From NCBI GenBank assembly GCA_016192145.1, contig JACPUT010000005.1:188592-252591 (forward strand): DNA of 64,000 nt, in the 5' to 3' direction. This document shows, in pieces, positions 7,634 through 15,301 of this stretch. Numbering within the stretch: position 1 is the first letter of the stretch; each line of letters begins with the position of its first letter. This DNA comes from Acidobacteriota bacterium. GTDB taxonomy: Bacteria; Acidobacteriota; Holophagae; Holophagales; Holophagaceae. The notes under the pieces were generated by a model, which had not been told where the DNA came from, searched no databases, and saw nothing but the letters and a program-made list of their open reading frames with translations. The translations under genes and the position numbers were made by a program.

Positions 7634-8610
7634 CAGAACCCCGTGGCCTGTCCGGCGAAGACGAAGACGTAGCGCAGGGTGTAACCGCCAATCAGCACGA
7701 GGGCGCCGGCCACCATCGCCCATCGCGGATTCACGTGGAAGGGCCCCCGACCCAGGAGGAAGGGCTTGAATTCCCAGAGCTCCACCGCGAGCGGCGCCAA
7801 GAGGCCCAGGCCCAGGAAGACGCCCCAGAAGGCGAAGGTGAAGGGACCGCCCATGACGAGCCCCAGGGCCTCCTTCACGGCCAGGGAGCTGAGGTTCCCG
7901 TGGATGAGGTAGGGCAGCACGATGAAGAGCTCGAGGCCCATCAGGATGATGTCCAGCCCGTAGAGGAAGCGCAGCTCTCGCAGACCGGGTCGATCTTTGC
8001 TCAGGAAGCGCAGCAGCACCAGGGTGGCGGCGCCGGAACTGAGGGCGCTGAAAAGGAACATCTGGGCCACCAGGTTCGTGTTCCAGAAGGGGCGGCTCTG
8101 CACGGCGCCAAGGAGGACCCCCGTGTAGATGCCCACGGCCACGGACATGGGGAGGCCCGCGAGGGCCAGAATGCGCCTCCGGGGCGCGCCATCCGCCTCC
8201 AGCCACGCGCGGAGGAAGGCGGGCAGCATCGCGTAGGCCCTTCGCGGCACTCGGCCGATCCACCGCCGCCGTTCCGCGTCGTCCAGCCAGGACCAGAGGT
8301 AGGCCAGGCTCAGGATCGTGAAGGCCACGAGCAGCCAGCTGCCGATGGACATGGGGCTGCGCCACCGCACGTGCATGAAGAGCTTCCAGAAGCGCAGGGG
8401 CTTGCCGAGGTCGAGGATGAGCAGGGCCGATCCCAGGCTCACGGGCCAGGGCGCCAGCAGGGCCCCCAAGCGCGCCAGGGCCGGGTAGGCGGGCTTGCAC
8501 TCACGATCCTGGATCCAGGTGGCCAGGCCCGACACGAAGTACAACCCCGCGGAGAGGCCCCCGAGGAAGAGGTAGTTGACGATGAGGAATTCCCAGACGG
8601 GTTCGCGCAT
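7633..8610 (-). CDS. NrfD/PsrC-type integral membrane quinol-interacting subunit
   Basis: The N terminus is typical of the NrfD family (WEFLIVNYLFLGGLSAGLYF). It is polytopic and about 325 aa long, and lies directly after the 4Fe-4S subunit gene. Confidence 0.85.
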   Translation of the reverse strand: MREPVWEFLIVNYLFLGGLSAGLYFVSGLATWIQDRECKPAYPALARLGALLAPWPVSLGSALLILDLGKPLRFWKLFMHVRWRSPMSIGSWLLVAFTILSLAYLWSWLDDAERRRWIGRVPRRAYAMLPAFLRAWLEADGAPRRRILALAGLPMSVAVGIYTGVLLGAVQSRPFWNTNLVAQMFLFSALSSGAATLVLLRFLSKDRPGLRELRFLYGLDIILMGLELFIVLPYLIHGNLSSLAVKEALGLVMGGPFTFAFWGVFLGLGLLAPLAVELWEFKPFLLGRGPFHVNPRWAMVAGALVLIGGYTLRYVFVFAGQATGF

Positions 8611-8619
8611 GGCCGTGTC

Positions 8620-9183
8620 CTACAAAAGGTAGTAGAGCTGGGGACCGTTGCCGGTCTGGGGGTTCTTCACTTCGTGGCGGCGCGTGGCCAGCAACTGGTG
8701 CAGCGGGCTCTTGGGATCGTTGAGATCTCCGAACACGCGCACCTTGCTGGGGCAGGTCTCCACGCAGGCGGGGAGATCCCCCTTGTCCACGCGGTGCACG
8801 CAGAAGGTGCACTTGTCCACGGTGTGGGTCTCGGGGTTGTGGTACCGGGCCTCGTAGGGGCAGGCGATGATGCAGTACTTGCAGCCGATGCAGGCGTCGT
8901 AGTCCACGAGGACGATGCCATCCTCCCGCTGCCAGGAGGCGCCCGTGGGGCACACCCGCACGCAGCTGGGCTCGTCGCAGTGGTGGCACTGCTCGGGCTC
9001 GAAGGTCATGCGGAGCTTGGGGTAGTCGCCGGAGCGCTCCACGCTGATCCAGTTGCGGAAGACGCCCTCGGGCACCTTGTTCTCCGCCTTGCAGGCCACG
9101 ACGCAGGCCTTGCAGTCGATGCACTTCTTGGAGTCGATCACCATCGCATAGCGCTTGGTCTTCGTCTTGGTTCCCATCGTCAT
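8620..9183 (-). CDS. 4Fe-4S ferredoxin-type electron-transfer subunit (PsrB/PhsB-like)
   Basis: There are four Cys clusters: CIDCKACVVAC, CHHCDEPSCVRVCP, CIGCKYCIIACP and CTFC...CVETCP. The start at 9183 forms an ATGA overlap with the catalytic subunit stop. Confidence 0.9.
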   Translation of the reverse strand: MTMGTKTKTKRYAMVIDSKKCIDCKACVVACKAENKVPEGVFRNWISVERSGDYPKLRMTFEPEQCHHCDEPSCVRVCPTGASWQREDGIVLVDYDACIGCKYCIIACPYEARYHNPETHTVDKCTFCVHRVDKGDLPACVETCPSKVRVFGDLNDPKSPLHQLLATRRHEVKNPQTGNGPQLYYLL

Positions 9184-11339
9184 GCCTTTCCGACTTTCAC
9201 GAAGGTCTCGTGCAGGGCCGCGTTGCCGCTCACCTTGTCCCAGGCGGTCTCCAGGAGGATCGAATCCGCGGCGCCGACGTTGTGGACGCGGCGGAGCCAG
9301 GCCGACTTCTTGCCGAAGCCGTGGAGCATGAACACGCAGTCCGGGCGGATCTCCGGGGTGACCCGGGCCTTGATCTTCACGGTGCCGGCGGTGCTGGAGA
9401 CCTCGAGCAGGTCGCCGGTCTGGATGTTGAGGCGGGCCGCGGGCTCCGGGTGGATCCAGAGGTCGTTCTCGCGGTTGTGCTCGTGGAGCCAGGGGAGGTT
9501 GGTGAGGGCCGCGTGGGTGATGGTGGCCTTGCGGCCGAGGATGAGGCGGAACTTGTTCGCGGGAGGCTGGGCCGGGGCCGTGTAGACCGGCAGGGGATCG
9601 TGGCCCGCCTCCTGGAGGCGCTCGGAGAAGAGCTCGATCTTGCCGCTCTTGGTGACGAAGCGGTGCACCGCGTTGCGGGTGGTGCCGTACTTGGGTTTCT
9701 CGAAGCCCACCACCCCGTGCTTCCTCATGTGCTCCATGCCATTGGGCACGGGCAGCTCCTTGGCCTCGGCCTCCACCCACTGCTCGATGGTGTAGTCGAA
9801 GTAGTCCGAGAGCCCCAGCCGCTTGGCGAGCCCCTGGGCGATGTCCAGCATGGGCTTGGTGTCGTGCAGGGGCTTCACGGCCTGCTGGCGGTACACGGCG
9901 GCGGGCCAGATGCCCGGCATCACCTCGATGGGATCCGTGCGCTCCAGGTAGTGGCTCTCGGGGAAGACCACGTCGGCGTACCAGGCGGTGTCGCTCATGG
10001 CGATGTCCACCACGCCCACGAAGTCCATCTGCTGGATCATCTCCAGGGTCTTCCCCTGGTCCGGCAGGGCGTGCATGGGATCCTGCTTGTAGATCATCCA
10101 GGCCTTCACGGGGTAGGGCGTGCCCTTGAGGACGTTCTCGCGCAGCGGCAGGTAGACGCCGTCCTTGGCGTTGGCCAGCGGGAAGGCCTTCTCCACCTCG
10201 TCCACCCGGGAGGCCTTGGGGTCATCCCAGGGCATGAAGGTGAACTCGCCCTTGGCCACCTTGCGGTTGGGCACCATGCCGCCTTCGCGGTCCCAGTTGC
10301 CGACGACGGCGTTGAGGATGGCCTGGGCCCGGCGCATCTGGAAGTCGTTGGTGTACCAGCTGGAGCGGCGCCCGGCGTAGAAGACGGCGCGCGGCGCGGC
10401 GTCGGCGAAGGCCCGGGCGATGCGGGTGATATCGGCCGCCGGGATCTCCGTTTCCTTCTCCGCCCAGGCGGGTGTGTAGGGTTTCACGTGCTCCAGCAGC
10501 TGTTCGAAGCCGAGGGTGTAGGTCTCCACGAAGGCCTTGTCGTGGCGCTCCTCCGTGAGGATCACGTTCAGCATGGCCAGGATGAAGGCCAGGTCGGTTC
10601 CGGGCTTGATGGGGTGCCACTCGTCGGCCTTGGAGGCCGTCACCGTGAAGCGCGGATCCAGGTAGATGAGCTTGGCCTTGCGCTCCATGGTGCCGCCGAT
10701 GAGGTCCATGGTGTCGGGCGTGATGATGCTCTCGAAGCGGTTGGCGCCCGCCATGATCACGTAGTCGGCGTTGAGCAGGTCGAAGCTGGGCACCGTGCCG
10801 AAGGTGGTGCTGTAGGCGAGCGTCATGGAAGCCAGGCAGAGGGTGGGGTGGCGCATGACGTTGGGGCTGCCGAAGGCCTGGCCCAGGTTCTTGAAGAACA
10901 CTTCCTGGAAGCCCTCGGTGCTGGACCAGAGACTGCCCTCGGGACCGTGCTTCTCCTTCACGGCCTTGAGCTTGTTCGCGGCGAAGTCGAAGGCCTCGTC
11001 CCAGGAGACGGGCCGCCACTTGCCCTCGCCCCGCTCGCCCGCCCGGATGAGGGGCTGTTTGAGGCGATCGGGATCGTAGACCTGCTGGATGGCCGCGTTG
11101 CCCCGGGCGCAAAGCATGGCCCGGGATTTGGGGTTCTCGGGATTGGGGTTCAACTTGGCGAGCCGGCCCTCCTTCACCACCGCCAGCAACGAGCACTTGT
11201 TGGGGCAGAGCTCGCAGGTGGTGGGGATGCCGTTGAGGTTCGTGGGCCCCGCGGCGATGGGCCCACGGAGCTTGCAGGCCAGGGGCGGCACCAGCAGCGT
11301 GCCGGCCCCCAGCAGTTCGATGAAGGTGCGTCGTTCCAT
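9180..11339 (-). CDS. Tat-exported molybdopterin (bis-MGD) oxidoreductase catalytic subunit, Psr/Phs-type
   Basis: Twin-arginine signal MERRTFIELLGAG. N-terminal FeS motif CELCPNKCSLLAV. Its 719-aa size and PsrABC-like gene order fit the family. The substrate cannot be assigned from sequence alone. Confidence 0.85.
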   Translation of the reverse strand: MERRTFIELLGAGTLLVPPLACKLRGPIAAGPTNLNGIPTTCELCPNKCSLLAVVKEGRLAKLNPNPENPKSRAMLCARGNAAIQQVYDPDRLKQPLIRAGERGEGKWRPVSWDEAFDFAANKLKAVKEKHGPEGSLWSSTEGFQEVFFKNLGQAFGSPNVMRHPTLCLASMTLAYSTTFGTVPSFDLLNADYVIMAGANRFESIITPDTMDLIGGTMERKAKLIYLDPRFTVTASKADEWHPIKPGTDLAFILAMLNVILTEERHDKAFVETYTLGFEQLLEHVKPYTPAWAEKETEIPAADITRIARAFADAAPRAVFYAGRRSSWYTNDFQMRRAQAILNAVVGNWDREGGMVPNRKVAKGEFTFMPWDDPKASRVDEVEKAFPLANAKDGVYLPLRENVLKGTPYPVKAWMIYKQDPMHALPDQGKTLEMIQQMDFVGVVDIAMSDTAWYADVVFPESHYLERTDPIEVMPGIWPAAVYRQQAVKPLHDTKPMLDIAQGLAKRLGLSDYFDYTIEQWVEAEAKELPVPNGMEHMRKHGVVGFEKPKYGTTRNAVHRFVTKSGKIELFSERLQEAGHDPLPVYTAPAQPPANKFRLILGRKATITHAALTNLPWLHEHNRENDLWIHPEPAARLNIQTGDLLEVSSTAGTVKIKARVTPEIRPDCVFMLHGFGKKSAWLRRVHNVGAADSILLETAWDKVSGNAALHETFVKVGKA

Positions 11340-11397
11340 GGTGCGCTCCTGGCCGGGGGCGGGGGTGGAGATAGAAAATTGGGCATGCGAGGGTATT

Positions 11398-11425
11398 GGC
11401 TCTAGGCTCTGGGCTCTGGGCTCTG
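11398..11425. repeat. Tandem heptamer repeat (GGCTCTR x4) in the leader of the molybdoenzyme gene
   Basis: ggctcta ggctctg ggctctg ggctctg, read directly. It lies 59-86 nt upstream of the start at 11339 on the coding strand. Confidence 0.8.
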
Positions 11426-11526
11426 GCTGGGTCCGACACATCCCCCGTGCCTAACGGAGGTGGCGGGATGGCATTCCAAACCCAGCTAGAGCCCATAGCC
11501 CAAAGCCGGGAGCCCTCGGCTTCCGA

Positions 11527-13188
11527 TCAGAACTTCACTTCCAGCGCCACGTAGGTGGTCTTGATGCCGGAGGGGAAGGCGTACTGCATCATCGGGTTCT
11601 GATCGAGGTTGAAATTCTCCAGGGGCATGGGCGCGATGTGCCACCCGCTGAAGGCCGTGGAGTACTTCGTGTCGATGTGCCCGATGCGCAGGGACGTGTT
11701 CTTGGCGAACTGCCACTGGAGGTAGCCCTCCCACACATCGCCGCGGGTGCCGAGCTTCTCCGTGGATTCACCAGTGGCGGGGCTGTAGGTGAACCAGTTG
11801 GGGGAGCCGTGGTTGAACTCCACGCCGAAGCCGAAGGTCTCGGTGGGATCCCAGCGCCAGCCCAGGTAGTAGGCGCTGCCGGTCTTGCTGTGGGTGGGAT
11901 CGCCGAGCAGGCCGCCAAAGCCCGTGAGCTGGGTGTTGGGGCCGCCGTAGGCCAGAGGCATGTCCCAGTAGGCGCCGTACTGGCTGACCTTCCCGTTGGG
12001 GTTGCTCTTGATGTGGCCGAAGCTCGCGAACCAGGTGAAGGTGTCGCCGATCTTGTGCTTGAAGGTGGCGGTCCACTGGTCCATGTCGCCCAGGTTGTTG
12101 GTGGCGGTCACGAACTGGCTGCCGGGCATCCCGCCCATGCCGGCCATGGCGGGCACGGGGAAGTTGTTGAGGTTGCCGTAGGGGATGTCCGTCATGTTCC
12201 CGAAGCGGTTGAAGCCCAGGTAGAAGTTGGCGGCGTGGACGGTGCCAAAACCCTCGAACATGAAGGGGATGTCCAGCATGGCGCCCAGCACGGTGCTGTC
12301 CTTGAGGGGCCCGATGCTGTTCACCTGCAGGTTGCCCGTGGAGAAATTCATCCCCACCACGGCGGAGTTGCTCTTCACCTGGCCGCCGCCGCCGAAGCCG
12401 CTTTCATAGCCCACCCCGTAGCAGATCCCCAGCAGGGAGTTCTCGGGCAGGCCCAAGCGATCCAGGTGGAACTTGAAGCCCAGGCCGTCCACGGTGGCGT
12501 TCACGGCCAGGGCCTGGGGCGTGGCCTGGCGCTCCGTGCCCTCGCGCACTTCGAAGGGAGGGCCGTCGGAGGTGTTTTGGCGGCCGATGGAGAGCACGCC
12601 GAGGTTCGTCCAGTCGTACACGAAACTGGCCCGCTCCACGTGGAGGATGTCGTTGGTGGGCACCTTGCCGCTGTTGAAGCTGTTGTTGACCGTGTTGGGC
12701 GAGCCGTTGAACACGGGCACGTCGGCGCCGCCATGCACCTTGTACATGGTGAGGCGGCCCATGATCTTGCCGTGCTCGGAGACGGGGATGTTCATGCGCA
12801 GGCGGAGGCGGGTGGACCACTGGGCGCTGTTCTTCCAATCCTGGGCGGGCACTGGCATGGCCACGGGCATGGGCATGCCCGTCATGGGTCCGGGGCCGGG
12901 GTTGGGCACGAAGCCCATGAACTGCTGGTAGGGCTTGAAGGTCCAGGTGCTGCTTTCGGCCTTGGTGCGGAGATCGCCGCCCCAGTTGATGCCGTTCTGG
13001 GCCACCTTCGTCTCCACCTTGGTGACGATGGTTTCCTGCTCCTTGGCCTTGGTCTCCAGGGCGGCGACCTGGGCTTTCAGTTCCTGCAGCTGCCGGGCGA
13101 GGTCATCGGCCTTGGGGGGCTCTTGGGCCATGAGCGCCAGGGGCGTCAGGCCGGCGAGGGTGAGACGGGCGATGCGGGTGAGGGACAT
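11527..13188 (-). CDS. Outer-membrane beta-barrel protein with N-terminal coiled coil (DUF3373-like)
   Basis: Start at 13188 follows an aggaga RBS. Signal peptide ends ...LALMAQE, followed by the coiled coil DDLARQLQELKAQVAALETKAKEQE. The rest is rich in Gly and aromatic residues in alternating pattern, ending in the terminal VALEVKF. Confidence 0.7.
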   Translation of the reverse strand: MSLTRIARLTLAGLTPLALMAQEPPKADDLARQLQELKAQVAALETKAKEQETIVTKVETKVAQNGINWGGDLRTKAESSTWTFKPYQQFMGFVPNPGPGPMTGMPMPVAMPVPAQDWKNSAQWSTRLRLRMNIPVSEHGKIMGRLTMYKVHGGADVPVFNGSPNTVNNSFNSGKVPTNDILHVERASFVYDWTNLGVLSIGRQNTSDGPPFEVREGTERQATPQALAVNATVDGLGFKFHLDRLGLPENSLLGICYGVGYESGFGGGGQVKSNSAVVGMNFSTGNLQVNSIGPLKDSTVLGAMLDIPFMFEGFGTVHAANFYLGFNRFGNMTDIPYGNLNNFPVPAMAGMGGMPGSQFVTATNNLGDMDQWTATFKHKIGDTFTWFASFGHIKSNPNGKVSQYGAYWDMPLAYGGPNTQLTGFGGLLGDPTHSKTGSAYYLGWRWDPTETFGFGVEFNHGSPNWFTYSPATGESTEKLGTRGDVWEGYLQWQFAKNTSLRIGHIDTKYSTAFSGWHIAPMPLENFNLDQNPMMQYAFPSGIKTTYVALEVKF

Positions 13189-13265
13189 GGTTTCTCCTGA
13201 AGGCGGGCAGGCCGCGGGCCGCCCCGCCGGGGGTGATCGAGGGATGGGCTCGGGATCCGCGCGGC

Positions 13266-13601
13266 TCAGCCGCCGCAAGTCTCGGGTTGGGGGGAATCGG
13301 AGGCGTGATTGATCAGGAAGGTCTTGATGTCGAGAAGCTGCGCCGGGGTGCCGAGCTTGGGGCTGAGCGCCTCCCCCTTGTGCTTGCCGGCATCGAAGAA
13401 CTTCCGCCACTGCGCCTGCGTCTTGGAGAGCGGGGTCAGGGCCTTGGCGGAGCCGCCATCCATGTGGCAGGCCTTGCAGGACTTCTTGAAGAAGAACTTG
13501 CCCTTGGTATCGCTTCCCTTGGCCTCCCCGGCCTGGACGGATGCCCCGAGCAGGAGGAGGAGGGCCCAGAGGCCCAGCGGAATGAGTCGGAGGCTTCGCA
13601 T
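13266..13601 (-). CDS. Small secreted monohaem c-type cytochrome
   Basis: Signal peptide MRSLRLIPLGLWALLLLLGASVQA and a single CxxCH motif (CKACH). It is the first gene of the minus-strand operon. Confidence 0.7.
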   Translation of the reverse strand: MRSLRLIPLGLWALLLLLGASVQAGEAKGSDTKGKFFFKKSCKACHMDGGSAKALTPLSKTQAQWRKFFDAGKHKGEALSPKLGTPAQLLDIKTFLINHASDSPQPETCGG

Positions 13602-13877
13602 GAGGTTCCTTTCAAGAGGATTCCTGGGCGCGGCATACCCCATCCGAACCCCTTTGAGGTCGAATTCCGCGCGTGTTGGGATGAGTGGGAGTGGCTGCAG
13701 CCCTTGGGCCTGCGAGGTTCAAGATGCGCGCTTCGCGGAGCTTCGTCCGTGATCAGGGTCATATGTTTGTATAACTAATTTGGAATTTAAATCCGTTCGC
13801 GTCCCTGGTCCCACGCGGGACATGCATCCAATTCCGGACTCCCGAAACGCATCCCGTCGGATTTCCTGGCGTGGGGC

Positions 13878-14294
13878 TCAGGGCTTCCGGCCCCGCCGGC
13901 TCCATGCCGGAATGCCCGCCTTGTCGCGAAGGGTGAGCGTCCTCCCTTTCAAGGTCAATTCCCGGGCGATGATGAGTTCGCCTTCACCGGCGCCGCCTTT
14001 CGCGCCCGTGAATTCGATCTCATCCCCCTTTGCGAAGGTCCACTTTTCCTCCGAGAGGAACCAGGATGGGCCCAGGTGCAGCGGCCATTCCTTCCCCTCC
14101 ACCTTCACTTGGAGATGCACGCCGCTGGCGCGGCCCATGGGGACGGAATTCACCTCCAGGACCCTCCCCTTGAGGGAGACTTCCCGGTCCACCTGGTAAA
14201 CGCGGGCCTGCCCCGCGGCCCGGGGGCGCCCTGCCTGGGCGAGCAGGGGCAATGCGAGGGAAAGGATGATGAGACCTGATGAGAGCTGACGCAT
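13878..14294 (-). CDS. Small secreted protein of unknown function (possible OB-fold or MamS/MamX-like)
   Basis: Start at 14294 (MRQLSSGLIILSLALPLLAQA signal peptide). It is 138 aa long and I recognise no catalytic motif. The family name is only a recollection. Confidence 0.5.
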   Translation of the reverse strand: MRQLSSGLIILSLALPLLAQAGRPRAAGQARVYQVDREVSLKGRVLEVNSVPMGRASGVHLQVKVEGKEWPLHLGPSWFLSEEKWTFAKGDEIEFTGAKGGAGEGELIIARELTLKGRTLTLRDKAGIPAWSRRGRKP

Positions 14295-14513
14295 ACGCGC
14301 CTCCATGATGTGAAGTTGAGACCAAGTCAAAACCTTCGAATCCGCGCCAGGTTCCGGAGGCTCCGCGGCGCACGGCCATGCCATGGCGCCGGGTCGCCCT
14401 CAGGGATAGGCCCCCCGCGCGACGGCACAAGGTCCGCGGGGCCGCCTGTGACCGAAAATCCGCGCTCGCGCCTTGACTTAACCAACCCGGAATATTACTG
14501 TTTGTGCAACTGG

Positions 14514-14852
14514 ATGGAACCCATGAAGCACGGCCTCAACGACACGATGATCGGCGAAGTCACCGGGCTCTTCGGGGCCCTTGGGGATCAGTCCCGCCTC
14601 CGGATCCTGAGGGCCCTCCTCGACGCCAAGAAGCCCCTCAGCCAGGGCGCCGTGGCCGAAAAGGCCGAACTCAGCCAGGCCAACGCGAGCAAGCACTTGG
14701 CCTGCCTCGTCCGGGTGGGCCTCGTCACCCGCGAGCAAGAGGGGAACACCGTGTATTTCAGCCCGATCCTCCCCCTCGTCTCCCAGCTTTGCGACCTCGT
14801 GTGCGGGCATGTCACCGACCGGGTCAAGGCGAGCTACAAGGCCCTGAAATAG
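14514..14852 (+). CDS. ArsR/SmtB-family transcriptional regulator (paralogue 1)
   Basis: ALGDQSRLRILRALL...ELSQANASKHLACLVRVGLV is a typical winged-HTH ArsR core. The C-terminal motif is CDLVC. Confidence 0.85.
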   Translation: MEPMKHGLNDTMIGEVTGLFGALGDQSRLRILRALLDAKKPLSQGAVAEKAELSQANASKHLACLVRVGLVTREQEGNTVYFSPILPLVSQLCDLVCGHVTDRVKASYKALK

Positions 14853-14866
14853 GGCCTGATTTTTTT
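14839..14866 (+). terminator. Rho-independent terminator at the end of ArsR paralogue 1
   Basis: aggccct-gaaat-agggcct is followed by ga and then a 7-nt T run. The stop codon lies inside the stem-loop. Confidence 0.7.
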
Positions 14867-14919
14867 GCTTGCCTATATTCGAAATTGGTTATTCAATTAT
14901 TCAAAGAGGTGTTCACCCG

Positions 14920-15285
14920 ATGTCCTCCGAATCCAAGCAGCTCTGCCTGACCTCCGGCCTTGAAGGCGCGGGGGATCCCCTGCTCCATCAGGCCGGAAGC
15001 CTCTTCAAGGCCCTCGGGGATCCCTCCCGCCTGCGCCTGCTGCAGGTGCTCCTGGCCGCCGGGGCCTCCATGTCCCAGGGCGACCTCGCCCGCCAGGCGG
15101 GCCTTTCCATTCCAAACGCCTCGAAGCACCTGGCCCTCCTCCAGCGGGAGGGCCTCGTGAAGCGCAATGCCCAGGGCAATCAAGCCCAGTTCGAAGCCAT
15201 CCAGCCCATGGTCGGCAGCGTCTGCGGCCTGGTCTGCTCGTTCATCCTCGACCGCGCCGAATCCCACTGGCGCGAGATCCGCTGA
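14920..15285 (+). CDS. ArsR/SmtB-family transcriptional regulator (paralogue 2)
   Basis: ALGDPSRLRLLQVLL...GLSIPNASKHLALLQREGLV, with the C-terminal motif CGLVC. It ends 16 nt before the TolC-like gene, so it is probably the first gene of the RND operon. Confidence 0.85.
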   Translation: MSSESKQLCLTSGLEGAGDPLLHQAGSLFKALGDPSRLRLLQVLLAAGASMSQGDLARQAGLSIPNASKHLALLQREGLVKRNAQGNQAQFEAIQPMVGSVCGLVCSFILDRAESHWREIR

Positions 15286-15301
15286 TTCCCTGGAGACCCT
15301 G

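Noticed and set aside
7634-8500. The upstream 289 codons of the 486-aa ORF 7040..8500.
   Set aside because: This part overlaps the NrfD-type gene on the same strand in another frame and is Pro/Arg/Gly-rich. Only the portion from the ATGA junction at 7633 resembles a TorD-like protein.
9210-11405. A 731-aa plus-strand ORF.
   Set aside because: It is exactly antisense to the molybdoenzyme gene. Its translation is dominated by G/A/V/H/L/E/D/R with no recognisable motif, which is the typical mirror-frame artefact of very GC-rich coding DNA.
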